From an uncultured Thermoanaerobaculia bacterium (lineage in GTDB: Bacteria; Acidobacteriota; Thermoanaerobaculia; Multivoradales; JAGPDF01), in contig CAYZBH010000006.1 of the NCBI GenBank assembly GCA_964476605.1, forward strand, positions 5,476-69,475: DNA of 64,000 nt, written 5' to 3'. Positions 1 to 8,664 of this stretch are shown one piece after another. A model generated the notes under the pieces. It saw nothing but the letters and a program-made list of their open reading frames with translations, ran no database searches and was not told the origin of the DNA. How positions within the stretch are numbered: the first letter of the stretch is position 1; each line of letters begins with the position of its first letter. A program made the position numbers and the translations under genes.

Positions 1-590
1 AGACGGTGGATCAGGTTGTCGAGCACGACGCGGAGCGACGAGTACCGCAGGTAGTCACGCCCGTCGTGCACCACCAGGAGTGGATACCGGCGGCTCCGCC
101 GGAAGCGCGCCGGCAGATAGATCGTCACCTCCTGTGCGCGGCCGAGCGAGGGGCTGTGAAGGGAGAAGCGCTCGAGCGCTCCCGGCCGCGCTTCCAGGTC
201 GGTCGAGGCCCACTCCGGGGTCCGGTACTCCGCACCCTGGCAGACCGAGTTGGCGCCGAAGGGATCGTGCGCGAGGTGGGGGTTGAGCGGGTCCCGGATG
301 AGCCGGCTCACCCCTTTCTGCTGCACCTCGAGCTTGTACTCGACGCGCGAGCGCACCGGGATCTCCTGGGTCAGGAACCAGAGATCGCTGCCGTCGACGC
401 GCTCGAAGGGCTGGGCCGACGGCAGGCCGAAGATCCAGTGCTGCAGGAAGACGGCATCCGCGGTCCCGCGATAGACGAAGGTCACCGTTCTTCCCTCGAC
501 GATCGGCACCGCATGCTCGGCGAGGAAGGCGTCGATGCGCTGCGGCGTCGGCGCCGGACCGGAGACCAGATCGCGGATCGCGAGCGTCAC
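1..590 (-). CDS. Putative esterase (enterochelin/siderophore-esterase-like alpha/beta hydrolase). Partial: the 3' end runs off the window.
   Basis: Hand translation of the minus strand from a GTG at ~588-590 gives VTLAIRDLVSGPAPTPQRIDAFLAEHAVPIVEGRTVTFVYRGTADAVFLQHW...LEVQQKG...EVTIYLPARFRRSRRYPLLVVHDGRDYL. The N-terminal beta-sandwich followed by the YLPxxY...PLLxxxDG motif is typical of putative-esterase (Fes/IroE-like) proteins. The track does not list it because no stop lies inside the window. Its GTG start overlaps the TGA stop of the upstream gene (GTGA). Confidence 0.55.
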   Translation of the reverse strand, partial: MTLAIRDLVSGPAPTPQRIDAFLAEHAVPIVEGRTVTFVYRGTADAVFLQHWIFGLPSAQPFERVDGSDLWFLTQEIPVRSRVEYKLEVQQKGVSRLIRDPLNPHLAHDPFGANSVCQGAEYRTPEWASTDLEARPGALERFSLHSPSLGRAQEVTIYLPARFRRSRRYPLLVVHDGRDYLRYSSLRVVLDNLIHR

Positions 591-1516
591 GCCGCCTCCA
601 GCGGCGCCACGACCCCCGCCGCGGTCAGCCGGCTCATCCCCGGACCCGGTTCCCAGCCCGCGCCCTCGTGGATCATCCAGCCGCCGTCCGCCATTGCGAC
701 GCAGACGGCCGGAGCGAAGCGGCGCGCGAGCAACGAGACGCGTCGCGCGTCGTCGAGCGCCAGCCGGCGATGGGCGTGCGGCAGCGGCACCACGCCGCGC
801 GCGAGCCCGAGCCCGTTCTCCAAGGCTTCGGTGTTGCCGTAGCCCTGCGCGGGAAAGTGGTGGAAGAGGACCACCCGCTCGGCGACCGCCATCGCTCCCG
901 CCGACCAGGCGAAGAGGGCTCGCTCCCCGAGCCGTTCGCCGATTCCGAAGAGGCGGAGCCGGTTGAGCAGGATCGCCACGTGCCCACCCGCGATCGCGAG
1001 CCCCTCGACCCCCTCGAGCGCACGCTCGATCTGGCGCTGGTGGCGTCGCAACACCGGCCGGCCGGCGGGCTTCACCCCCGCCTCGAAGGCGCGGTGCAGG
1101 TCCGCGACGCGCCGCAGGTGGTGGGCGTCGATCTCGCGGACGGCGGCGAGCGCCGCCTCCCGCTCGGGGCGCACGAGCTCGGGGTCTCCCGGCCGTCGCT
1201 CGAGCTCGCGCAGGGCCGTCTGCGCGTGGCCGAGCCGGACCCGGTAGAGCTCCTGCAGCTCGCGCAACGCCCCCTGGCGCTCCCGATAGGCCTCCGCGAG
1301 GTCGGGGTCCTTCTCGAAGAGATCCTCGCCGCGCGCGTAGAGCATCAGGTTCACGGTGCGGCCCCCGAGATGCTCGTGGAGCTCGAGATCCTCGGCCTCG
1401 CGCTCCTGCCAACCCGCGGTGACCGAGGCGAGTCGGCCGCGCACGCCGGCGCGCGCCACCGCCTGGCCGAGCGTCGGCGCGAAGCGCTGGGGACCGAGGA
1501 GGACGACGGTGGGCAT
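587..1516 (-). CDS. Peptidase S51 family protein (cyanophycinase / dipeptidase E-like, class I glutamine-amidotransferase fold).
   Basis: 309-aa ORF. Shows the S51 landmarks in the right order: N-terminal beta strand VVLLGP, a GG motif (LAIAGGHVAILL), a nucleophile-elbow FAWSAGAM resembling GTSAGA of cyanophycinase, and a downstream His (PLPHAHRRL). Assignment is from motif recall only. Confidence 0.5.
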   Translation of the reverse strand: MPTVVLLGPQRFAPTLGQAVARAGVRGRLASVTAGWQEREAEDLELHEHLGGRTVNLMLYARGEDLFEKDPDLAEAYRERQGALRELQELYRVRLGHAQTALRELERRPGDPELVRPEREAALAAVREIDAHHLRRVADLHRAFEAGVKPAGRPVLRRHQRQIERALEGVEGLAIAGGHVAILLNRLRLFGIGERLGERALFAWSAGAMAVAERVVLFHHFPAQGYGNTEALENGLGLARGVVPLPHAHRRLALDDARRVSLLARRFAPAVCVAMADGGWMIHEGAGWEPGPGMSRLTAAGVVAPLEAA

Positions 1517-1580
1517 GGGCTAGAATCCTACGGTTCGCGCGACCCGGATTCCAAGCGTTCGATCGCGAGGGAGAGACGCC

Positions 1581-2801
1581 ATGCACGTCATCTTCGTGGA
1601 GCCCAAATTTCCCTACAACCAGCGCCAGTTCGTGCGCGGGCTGGCGGCGATCGGCGCCCGCGTCACCGGCATCGGCGAAACCCCCTACCAGTATCTCGAC
1701 GACGAGCTGCGCGGCTGGATGGTGGGCTACGAGCAGGTGCCGTCGGTGGTCGACGAGGGCGCCCTGCTCCAGGCGGTGCGGAGCGTGCAGGCGCGCGAGT
1801 GGGTCGACCGGCTCGAAGCGACGATCGAGGCGCATATCCTGCCCGCCGCCAAAGTCCGCGCCGCGGCCGGCATTCCGGGCACGACGGTCGAGACCGCCTA
1901 CCTCTGTCGCGACAAGCCGGCCATGAAGGAAGTTCTCCGGCGGGCCAACGTCCCGTGCGCCCAGTCGGCCGGCGTGACCTCACCGGGCGAGCTGCGCGAC
2001 TTCGTGGCGCGCGTCGGCTATCCGATCATCCTCAAGCCCCGCAGCGCCGCTGGCGCTGCCGGCACGCGGCGGGTGGACAACGACCGGGAGCTCGAGAGCG
2101 CCATCATCGAGCAGGGGATCGATCGCGGCGCCGCGGTCGCGGCCGAGGAGTTCATCGAAGGGCACGAGGGGTTCTTCGACTCCATCGCGATCGGCGGCCG
2201 GGTGGCGCACTTCTTCATCTCGCACTACTACCCGGGGGTGCTCGAGGCGATGCGCACGCGCTGGATCTCCCCCCAGATCCTCACCACCAACCGGGTCGAC
2301 GCGCCCGGCTACTCCGAAGTGAAAGCGATGGGCCAGAAGGTGATCGGTGCGCTCGGCATCGGCACGTCACCGACCCACATGGAGTGGTTCTTCGGCCCCA
2401 AGGGGCTCAAGTTCTCGGAGATCGGCTGCCGGCCGCCCGGCGTCGGCGTCTGGGATCTCTATGCCGCCGCCAACGACTTCGACATCTACCGCGAATGGGC
2501 GATGGCGGTCTGCCACGCCCGTCCCGACCAGCAGCCCTCCCGCCGCTTCGCCGCCGGCATGATCGCGCTGCGTCCCAATCGGGACGGGCGCATCTCCGGG
2601 TACGAGGGGATCGATCAGATCTACCAGGCCTACGGCGAGTGGATCATCGACTCCCACCTGCCGCCCCCCGGCTCCCCTACCGGCTCGGTCGAGGGGGGCT
2701 ACATGGCGAACGCCTGGATCCGCATGAAGCACCCGGACTACGACCAGCTCCGCCGCATGCTCGACCTCGTCGGGCGCACCGTCAAGGTCTGGGCGCAGTA
2801 G
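1581..2801 (+). CDS. ATP-grasp domain ligase (carboxylate-amine ligase family, substrate unknown).
   Basis: 406-aa ORF with an ATP-grasp core: GYPIILKPRSAAGAAG (P-loop-like), EEFIEGHEGFFD, SEIGCRPPG. A clean start MHVIFVEPKF lies 65 nt from the divergent S51 peptidase gene. Confidence 0.8.
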   Translation: MHVIFVEPKFPYNQRQFVRGLAAIGARVTGIGETPYQYLDDELRGWMVGYEQVPSVVDEGALLQAVRSVQAREWVDRLEATIEAHILPAAKVRAAAGIPGTTVETAYLCRDKPAMKEVLRRANVPCAQSAGVTSPGELRDFVARVGYPIILKPRSAAGAAGTRRVDNDRELESAIIEQGIDRGAAVAAEEFIEGHEGFFDSIAIGGRVAHFFISHYYPGVLEAMRTRWISPQILTTNRVDAPGYSEVKAMGQKVIGALGIGTSPTHMEWFFGPKGLKFSEIGCRPPGVGVWDLYAAANDFDIYREWAMAVCHARPDQQPSRRFAAGMIALRPNRDGRISGYEGIDQIYQAYGEWIIDSHLPPPGSPTGSVEGGYMANAWIRMKHPDYDQLRRMLDLVGRTVKVWAQ

Positions 2802-4743
2802 CGCGGCGCCCTCGCGGCAGCGATCGCTCGACGGCGATCAGCGCGAGGGACCAGGGCTGGAGCCAGAAAAGCTCACCTAGGGGAGTGTCGGCTTCGGGAA
2901 CGTTGGCGGCGGAATCCAAGACGATTTGCCCCCGCTCCACTCCCAGCTCCTTGGGCGTGAATCCGACGCGGCGCTCCGAGGGATTCGACAGCAGGAGCGC
3001 GCTCACGCCTCCGCTGCCCGCTGGGAGCTCGAGCACCAGCGCGGGCTCGAGCGCCCGCTGCCCCCACCGACCCCGCGGCAGGGCGTGCAACGCCCGTCGT
3101 AGCTCCAGGAGTGCTCTCAGCTCCGCGCGCGCGTCGTCCTCGGATCCCTGCAGGCTCCAGTCGAGCCACGAGAGCTCCGTGTCCTGGCACCACGCGTTGT
3201 TGTTGCCGAGCTGCGTGCGGCCGAGCTCGTCGCCCGCGACCAGCATCGGCGTGCCGCGCGCGAGGAGGAGGAGCGCCAGGAAGTTGCGCCGCTGGCGCCG
3301 GCGCAGTGCGTTGACTTCGGGGTCGTCGCTCGGGCCTTCGACGCCGCAGTTCCAGCCGAGGTTCTCCGCCGTGCCGTCGCGGTTCTCCTCGCCGTTGGCG
3401 AGATTCCGCTTCGCCTCGTAGCTCACCAGGTCGGCGAGCGTGAAGCCGTCGTGCGCGGTGACCAGGTTGACGGCGGCCTCTCCGTCGCGCGGCAGGACGT
3501 CGGAGCTCCCCGCGAGGCGAAGGGCGAGTCGGGAGCGCGGCTCCGCGTCGCCCCGGACGACGCGCCGTACGTCGTCCCGGAAGTGCCCGTTCCAGACCCG
3601 CCACGGACGAGCCAGCAACCCTTCGACGGTCCTCCCGGTGGCGTCCCAGGGCTCGGCGATCAGCAGGCGCCCGGCGAGCACCGGATCGGCCGCGATCTCC
3701 TCGACCAGCTCCGAGCGTTCGAGCGGCTCACCCTGCCCACCGCGGAAGAACGCGCCCGCGAGATCGAAGCGGAAGCCGTCGACACCGATCTCCTCCGCCC
3801 AGTAGCGAAGGGCGTCGAGCACCAGCCGTCGCGCCGCCGGATGCTCGCTCCGGAGCGTGTTCCCGCACCCGGTGAGATCGAGCGGCTCGCCGGTCGCCGC
3901 GTCGGCGAGGAAGTAGGCCTTCCGGTCGAGACCGGCGAGCGAGACGACCCGCTCGCGCTCGGCGCGCGCGCCGAAGCTCTCTCCCGTGTGGTTGAAAACC
4001 ACGTCGAGCACGAGCTCGATCCCCGCGCGGTGGAGCTCGTCGACCAGGTGCCGCAGCTCCTGGATCTCGCGCCCGGCGCCCGGCTCCACGGCGTAAGCGG
4101 CCTTCGGGGCGAAGAAGGAGAGCGGCATGTAGCCCCAGGTGTTGAGCAGGCGCCTGCCGTCGGTCGGATCGATCCGCGGATTGTCGGTCTCGTCGAACTC
4201 GAAGATGGGCAGCAGCTCCACCGTCGTGACGCCGAGGTCGATCAGGTAGGGGATCTTCTCGGTCAGACCGAGGTACGTGCCGGGATGCGCGACGCGCGAG
4301 CTCGGATGGCGCGTGAAGCCGCGCAGGTGGGCTTCGTAAATCAGCCGCCGTTCGGCCTCGATGCGGGGACGCGGCGGACGATCCGAGGGCGGCGGCGGCT
4401 CGAGGTGGAGCGCGCGATAAGCGCGACAGCGCTCGCCCGCCGCTTCGAAGGAGCGGTCCCCCCAGCGCTCGCCCCCCGCCAGCGCGCGCGCGTAGGGGTC
4501 GATCAGGGGTGGACCGCCGTCGACGCGATAGACGTACTCGAAGCTCGCGGGAAGGCCCGGCAGCTCGAGCTGCCAGGTCGACGAGCCGTCGTCGCCCTCC
4601 CGAGCGAGCTCGCCGACCGCGCGAAGCGGCTCTTCCGCCGCCTCGCGGATCGAGAGCCCGATCGATCGCCTCGCCCGCGCCCGCAGGCGGAAGAGATGCC
4701 CGCGCGGCGAGCGCCGCACGCCCAGCGGGGACAAAGCGACCAC
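2782..4743 (-). CDS. glgX: Glycogen debranching enzyme GlgX (isoamylase, GH13 with N-terminal CBM48).
   Basis: ORF 2782..5004 carries GlgX hallmarks: PLGV...GHLFRLRA (a PLGAT..GVNFALFS-like N-terminus), VVFNHTGE, GFRFDLAGAF, LIAEPWD, NLVTAHDGFTLADLVSYEAKRNLANGEENRDG, RRRQRRNFLALLLLARGTPMLVAGDE. The first ~87 codons are Arg/Ser-rich and unlike GlgX; I place the start at a GTG at ~4743 just before the PLGV motif. Start uncertain. Confidence 0.85.
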   Translation of the reverse strand: MVALSPLGVRRSPRGHLFRLRARARRSIGLSIREAAEEPLRAVGELAREGDDGSSTWQLELPGLPASFEYVYRVDGGPPLIDPYARALAGGERWGDRSFEAAGERCRAYRALHLEPPPPSDRPPRPRIEAERRLIYEAHLRGFTRHPSSRVAHPGTYLGLTEKIPYLIDLGVTTVELLPIFEFDETDNPRIDPTDGRRLLNTWGYMPLSFFAPKAAYAVEPGAGREIQELRHLVDELHRAGIELVLDVVFNHTGESFGARAERERVVSLAGLDRKAYFLADAATGEPLDLTGCGNTLRSEHPAARRLVLDALRYWAEEIGVDGFRFDLAGAFFRGGQGEPLERSELVEEIAADPVLAGRLLIAEPWDATGRTVEGLLARPWRVWNGHFRDDVRRVVRGDAEPRSRLALRLAGSSDVLPRDGEAAVNLVTAHDGFTLADLVSYEAKRNLANGEENRDGTAENLGWNCGVEGPSDDPEVNALRRRQRRNFLALLLLARGTPMLVAGDELGRTQLGNNNAWCQDTELSWLDWSLQGSEDDARAELRALLELRRALHALPRGRWGQRALEPALVLELPAGSGGVSALLLSNPSERRVGFTPKELGVERGQIVLDSAANVPEADTPLGELFWLQPWSLALIAVERSLPRGRRATAPRP

Positions 4744-4759
4744 CCCTGGGCGATCCGGG

Positions 4760-5788
4760 CTAGGAGACGCTGCCGTCAGCGTGGACCGTCCAGACGTCGC
4801 CCGATCGCAGCAGCTTCTCGAGGTTGCCGGGGCCGCGCTTCTCGCGCTCGCGCTCGAGCTGCCCGACGACGCCGCTCTCGAAGGTCGGGATCTCCACCTT
4901 CCGCAGCACGCCGATCGGGGTCGGGAAGTGCGGCGGCCCCATCTGAGCGACCATGAAGGCGATCGCCGGGTTGGTCCTCCCCGCCTCCCAGACCAGGCAG
5001 TCACCCGGGCCGAAGCCGTCGGCGAAGCGCACCACCTCGAGCTCGGTGCCGTTCAGCCGGATTCCGAGCTCCTTCTGCTTGCCGAAGACGAGCGGCTCGC
5101 CCTCTTCCAGGTAGACCAGCGCCTGGTCGCGCACCTCCTTCTCCGTGAGGTGCGCGTAGGCGCGGTCGTTGAAGATGTTGCAGTTCTGGTAGATCTCGAC
5201 GAACGCCGTGCCGCGGTGCGCGGCCGCCACCTTGAGCGTCTCCTTGAGGTGACCCTGGAAGACGTCGATCGAGCGGGCGACGAAAGTGGCGCCGCTCCCG
5301 ATCGCCACCGCGAGCGCGTTGAACGGGTAGTCGATCGAGCCGTAGGGGCTGGACTTGGTCTTCTTCCCGACCTCGGAGGTCGGCGAGTACTGCCCCTTGG
5401 TGAGGCCGTAGATCCGGTTGTTGAACATCAGGATCTTGACCCCGACGTTGCGGCGCAGGGTGTGGATCAAGTGGTTGCCGCCGATCGAGAGCGCGTCGCC
5501 GTCCCCGGTCGCGATCCAGATCTCCAGATCGGGTCGGCTCATCTTGAGCCCGGTGGCGATCGCCGCCGCGCGCCCGTGGATGGTGTGAAAACCGAACGTG
5601 TTCATGTAATACGGAAAGCGACTCGAGCAGCCGATTCCCGAGATCACCACGAAGCGCTCGCGCGGGATGCCGAGCTCGGGGAAGACGCTCTGGACCGCGG
5701 AGAGGATCGCGTAGTCCCCGCAACCGGGGCACCAGCGAACGTCCTGATCGTTCTGGAAGTCCTTCTTCGTCAGCGTGGTCGTGCTCAT
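4760..5788 (-). CDS. korB: 2-oxoglutarate:ferredoxin oxidoreductase beta subunit (TPP-binding).
   Basis: The internal start MSTTTLTKKDFQNDQDVRWCPGCGDYAIL...GIGCSSRFPYY...IATGDGDALSIGGNHL is classic KorB. The upstream 319 codons of track ORF 4760..6745 are Arg/Gly/Pro garbage. The ATG overlaps the korA stop (ATGA). Confidence 0.9.
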   Translation of the reverse strand: MSTTTLTKKDFQNDQDVRWCPGCGDYAILSAVQSVFPELGIPRERFVVISGIGCSSRFPYYMNTFGFHTIHGRAAAIATGLKMSRPDLEIWIATGDGDALSIGGNHLIHTLRRNVGVKILMFNNRIYGLTKGQYSPTSEVGKKTKSSPYGSIDYPFNALAVAIGSGATFVARSIDVFQGHLKETLKVAAAHRGTAFVEIYQNCNIFNDRAYAHLTEKEVRDQALVYLEEGEPLVFGKQKELGIRLNGTELEVVRFADGFGPGDCLVWEAGRTNPAIAFMVAQMGPPHFPTPIGVLRKVEIPTFESGVVGQLEREREKRGPGNLEKLLRSGDVWTVHADGSVS

Positions 5789-7665
5789 CGGGCGTCGGCT
5801 CCCAGGATCTCGCGGATCTTCGCGACGATCTCGTGGCGGAAGAAGGGCTTGCCTTGGACCTTGGAGTAGGAGATCACGGGCTCGAGAAAGCGCCCCTGCA
5901 AGAGCAGCGCGAGCTGGCCCAGGTTCATTTCGGGCACCAGCACCCGCTCGAAGCGCGCCAGGACGTCTCCGAGGTTGCTCGGGAAGGGATTGAGGTATCG
6001 CAGATGCGCCCGGCTCACCCGGAGCCCGTCGCGCCGGGCCTGATTCACGGCGCCGGTGATCGCCCCCGCGGTCGAGCCCCAGCCGAGCACCAGGAGAGCG
6101 TCCCCGGGCGTACCGTCGACTTCGAGCGGCGGGATGTCGCGGGCGATCCGCTCCACCTTCTCGGCCCGCAAGTGGATCATCCGCTCGTGGTTCATCGGAT
6201 CGTAGGAGACGGCGCCGCTCCCGTCCTGCTTCTCGAGGCCGCCGATCCGATGCTCCAGACCGGGCGTGCCCGGGATCGCCCAGGGACGCGCGAGCGTCTC
6301 CGGATCGCGCCGGTAGGGCTGGAAGCCCTCGACCTGGGCGTGGAATTCCACCGGGAACTCGGGGAGCGTGGCGACGTCCGGGAGGCGCCACGGCTCCGAA
6401 CCGTTCGCCAGGTAGCCGTCGGAGAGCAGCACCACCGGCGTCATGTAGCGCACCGCGAGGCGCGAAGCCTCGAGCGCCATCGCGAAGCAATCGGCCGGAG
6501 AAGAGGCGGCGAGCACCGGCATCGGCGACTCGTTGTTGCGCCCGAAGAGCGCCTGCAGCAGGTCGGCCTGCTCCGTCTTGGTGGGAAGTCCCGTCGAGGG
6601 TCCGCCCCGCTGCACGTCGACCACGACCATCGGCAGCTCGACCATCACCGCCAGGTTCATCGCCTCGCTCTTGAGCGCCAGGCCCGGCCCCGAGGTCGAG
6701 GTCATCGCCAGGGCGCCCCCGAACGCGGCGCCGATCGCCGCGCAAACCGCCGCGATCTCGTCCTCGGCCTGAAAGGTCGTGACCCCGAAGTGCTTGAACT
6801 GCGCGAGGTCGTGCAGGAGGTCCGAGGCGGGCGTGATCGGATAGGCCCCTTGAAAGAGCGGTAGGCCGCAGCGGCGGCTGGCGGCCACGAATCCGAGCGC
6901 CATCGCGGTGTTGCCGGTGATGTTGCGATAGACCCCCGGCTCGAGCTTCGCCGGCACGACCTCGTAGCGCGTCTGAAAGGCCTCGGTGATGTCGCAGAAG
7001 TTCCAGCCCGCCTTGAGCACCTTGACGTTGGCCTCGGCGAGGTCGGGCTTGGCCGCGAACTTCGCGTGGATCCAGCGCTCGGTGGCCTCCAGCGGGCGCG
7101 AGAAGAGCCAGTAGGCCATGCCGAGCGCGAAGAAGTTCTTGCAGCGCTCCTGGCTCTTCGCGTCGAGCTTGCTCCCCTCGAGGGCGCGGCGCGTCAGCGT
7201 CGCGAGCGGGGCCGGGAAGAGCTGGTAGCGCGCCAGCGAGTCGTCCTCGAGCGGATTCGCCTCGTAACCCGCCTTCTTGAGATTGCGCTCCTCGAACTCG
7301 TCGGTGTTGACGATCAGGATGCCGTTGGACTTGAGGTCGGGGAGATTGACCTTCAGCGCCGCGGGATTCATGGCCACCAACACGTCCGGCGCGTCGCCCG
7401 GCGTGTGGATGTCGTAGTCGGCGATGCGCACCTGGAAGGCGGAGACGCCGGGCAGCGTGCCGGCGGGCGCGCGGATCTCGGCCGGAAAGTCCGGAAAGGT
7501 CGCGAGGTCGTTGCCGAGCAGCGCCGAGGTGGAGGTGAATTGCGTGCCCGTGAGCTGCATGCCGTCGCCCGAGTCGCCGGCGAAGCGGATGACCACGTCG
7601 TCGCGCCGTTCTGCACCGGCCGGCCGCGAGCGCTTCGAAGGCTTGTCGAGGGTGTCGAGACTCAT
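5785..7665 (-). CDS. korA: 2-oxoglutarate:ferredoxin oxidoreductase alpha subunit.
   Basis: 626 aa with MSLDT...VVIRFAGDSGDGMQLTGTQFT...AYPITPASDLLH...GGPSTGLPTKTEQADL. KorA-type fused pyruvate-flavodoxin-oxidoreductase domains III/I. Confidence 0.9.
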   Translation of the reverse strand: MSLDTLDKPSKRSRPAGAERRDDVVIRFAGDSGDGMQLTGTQFTSTSALLGNDLATFPDFPAEIRAPAGTLPGVSAFQVRIADYDIHTPGDAPDVLVAMNPAALKVNLPDLKSNGILIVNTDEFEERNLKKAGYEANPLEDDSLARYQLFPAPLATLTRRALEGSKLDAKSQERCKNFFALGMAYWLFSRPLEATERWIHAKFAAKPDLAEANVKVLKAGWNFCDITEAFQTRYEVVPAKLEPGVYRNITGNTAMALGFVAASRRCGLPLFQGAYPITPASDLLHDLAQFKHFGVTTFQAEDEIAAVCAAIGAAFGGALAMTSTSGPGLALKSEAMNLAVMVELPMVVVDVQRGGPSTGLPTKTEQADLLQALFGRNNESPMPVLAASSPADCFAMALEASRLAVRYMTPVVLLSDGYLANGSEPWRLPDVATLPEFPVEFHAQVEGFQPYRRDPETLARPWAIPGTPGLEHRIGGLEKQDGSGAVSYDPMNHERMIHLRAEKVERIARDIPPLEVDGTPGDALLVLGWGSTAGAITGAVNQARRDGLRVSRAHLRYLNPFPSNLGDVLARFERVLVPEMNLGQLALLLQGRFLEPVISYSKVQGKPFFRHEIVAKIREILGADAR

Positions 7666-7749
7666 GCTCTCCTTCTTCTCGGAGGGTGTCCGAGGTGCCC
7701 GCGGTCCGGGTGTGGGGCGCCGGCGCGGGGGCGGAATGTTACCACCCCC

Positions 7750-8640
7750 TCAGCCGCCGACGACCTCGCCGCGCCCCCCTCGCAGCAGCTCGAGGAGGGG
7801 TGCCGTCACCGTCTCCGGGTGCTCCCAGAGAATGAAGTGCCCCGCCCCGGGATAGCGGTGGACGACCAGGTTGGCCGCCGGCAGGACGCCTTCGACGAAG
7901 TCGGCGTTGGCGGGCGGAACCAGCCGATCGGCCGTCCCCTGCACCAGACGCACCGGGCAGCGGATCTCCGGCCAGCGCGGCGCCATCCTCTCGAGCTCGC
8001 CGCGGAGCGGCCAGAGCTCCCGGTTCGAGACCACCCAGTCGATGGGCAGCAGGAGCTGGATCAGCCGCCAGGAGCCCGCGACGTTGAACCAGCGGCGCCG
8101 CTCGAGGACCGGGTCGACCGACGGCGCGACCAGCAGCAGACCCGCCACGAGGTCGGGTCGGTCCATCGCCAGGCGCGCGGCGATCGGCCCGCCCAGACTG
8201 TGCCCCACCACCACCGCGGGCGGCCCGGCCTCGCTTTCGAGCACCGCCGCGAGCGCCTCCGCCTGACGCGCCAGCGATGGCTCCGCGTGGCCACGCCCCG
8301 AGCCGCCGTAGCCCGGCCGGTCGGGCGCCAGCAAACGCGCTGCCCCGGTGAGCCCGGGCTCGGTCAGGAAGATCCGCCAGGCCTCCCAGGTCCCCGGCGA
8401 TCCGTGCACGAAGAGAACGCGGGGCGCTCCCGGCTCGGCGCGTCCGGCGGTCACCACGTGGACCGGTCCGTCCGGGCCGGCGACGAAGCGGCTCACGAGA
8501 GCGGCGGCGCGCATCGCCGGCGTATCCACCGCGGGGGCGAACGAGGGGCCGAAAATCGCGCAACCCGCCGCCAACGCCAGGATGCCGGCGAGCGCGGCTG
8601 CGGCGATCCATCCCCACCGACGGCTGATCCCGGTTCGCAT
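7750..8640 (-). CDS. Alpha/beta-hydrolase fold lipoprotein (lipase/esterase or epoxide-hydrolase-like).
   Basis: 296 aa. Signal peptide with lipobox LAAGC, then VLFVHGSPGTWEAW, nucleophile elbow GHSLGG, C-terminal HFILWEHPE (catalytic His). Last gene of the 7750-15970 operon. Confidence 0.75.
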   Translation of the reverse strand: MRTGISRRWGWIAAAALAGILALAAGCAIFGPSFAPAVDTPAMRAAALVSRFVAGPDGPVHVVTAGRAEPGAPRVLFVHGSPGTWEAWRIFLTEPGLTGAARLLAPDRPGYGGSGRGHAEPSLARQAEALAAVLESEAGPPAVVVGHSLGGPIAARLAMDRPDLVAGLLLVAPSVDPVLERRRWFNVAGSWRLIQLLLPIDWVVSNRELWPLRGELERMAPRWPEIRCPVRLVQGTADRLVPPANADFVEGVLPAANLVVHRYPGAGHFILWEHPETVTAPLLELLRGGRGEVVGG

Positions 8641-8664
8641 CGGCTGGCCCCCCCCTCGCCGAGC

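Noticed and set aside
6-842. Track ORF 6..842+ (278 aa) and neighbouring plus-strand ORFs at the window start.
   Set aside because: They are antisense to the minus-strand esterase-like and S51 peptidase genes, which have far better protein-like translations.
668-3421. Very long Arg/Pro/Gly/Ser-rich ORFs in the track. Examples: 668..3421+, 7066..9732+, 9488..11191-, 10830..12734+, 10891..12801-, 16760..20413-, 16831..19320+, 19501..21543+, 20756..22453-, 39013..40782-, 39974..43405+, 45254..48055+, 58455..59669-.
   Set aside because: Their composition is typical of alternative-frame or antisense shadow ORFs in ~70% GC DNA. Each overlaps a frame with clearly recognisable protein motifs on the same or opposite strand. 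None shows any domain signature.
4744-5004. Upstream extensions of track ORFs: glgX 2782..5004, korB 4760..6745, the GAF kinase 30613..32799, GGDEF 37683..38774, kup 56132..58222, hoxF 25018 start, the P-type ATPase 40050 start.
   Set aside because: The extended N-termini are Arg/Gly-rich and lack family motifs. Internal ATG/GTG starts with Shine-Dalgarno sequences or 4-nt overlaps give proteins of canonical length.
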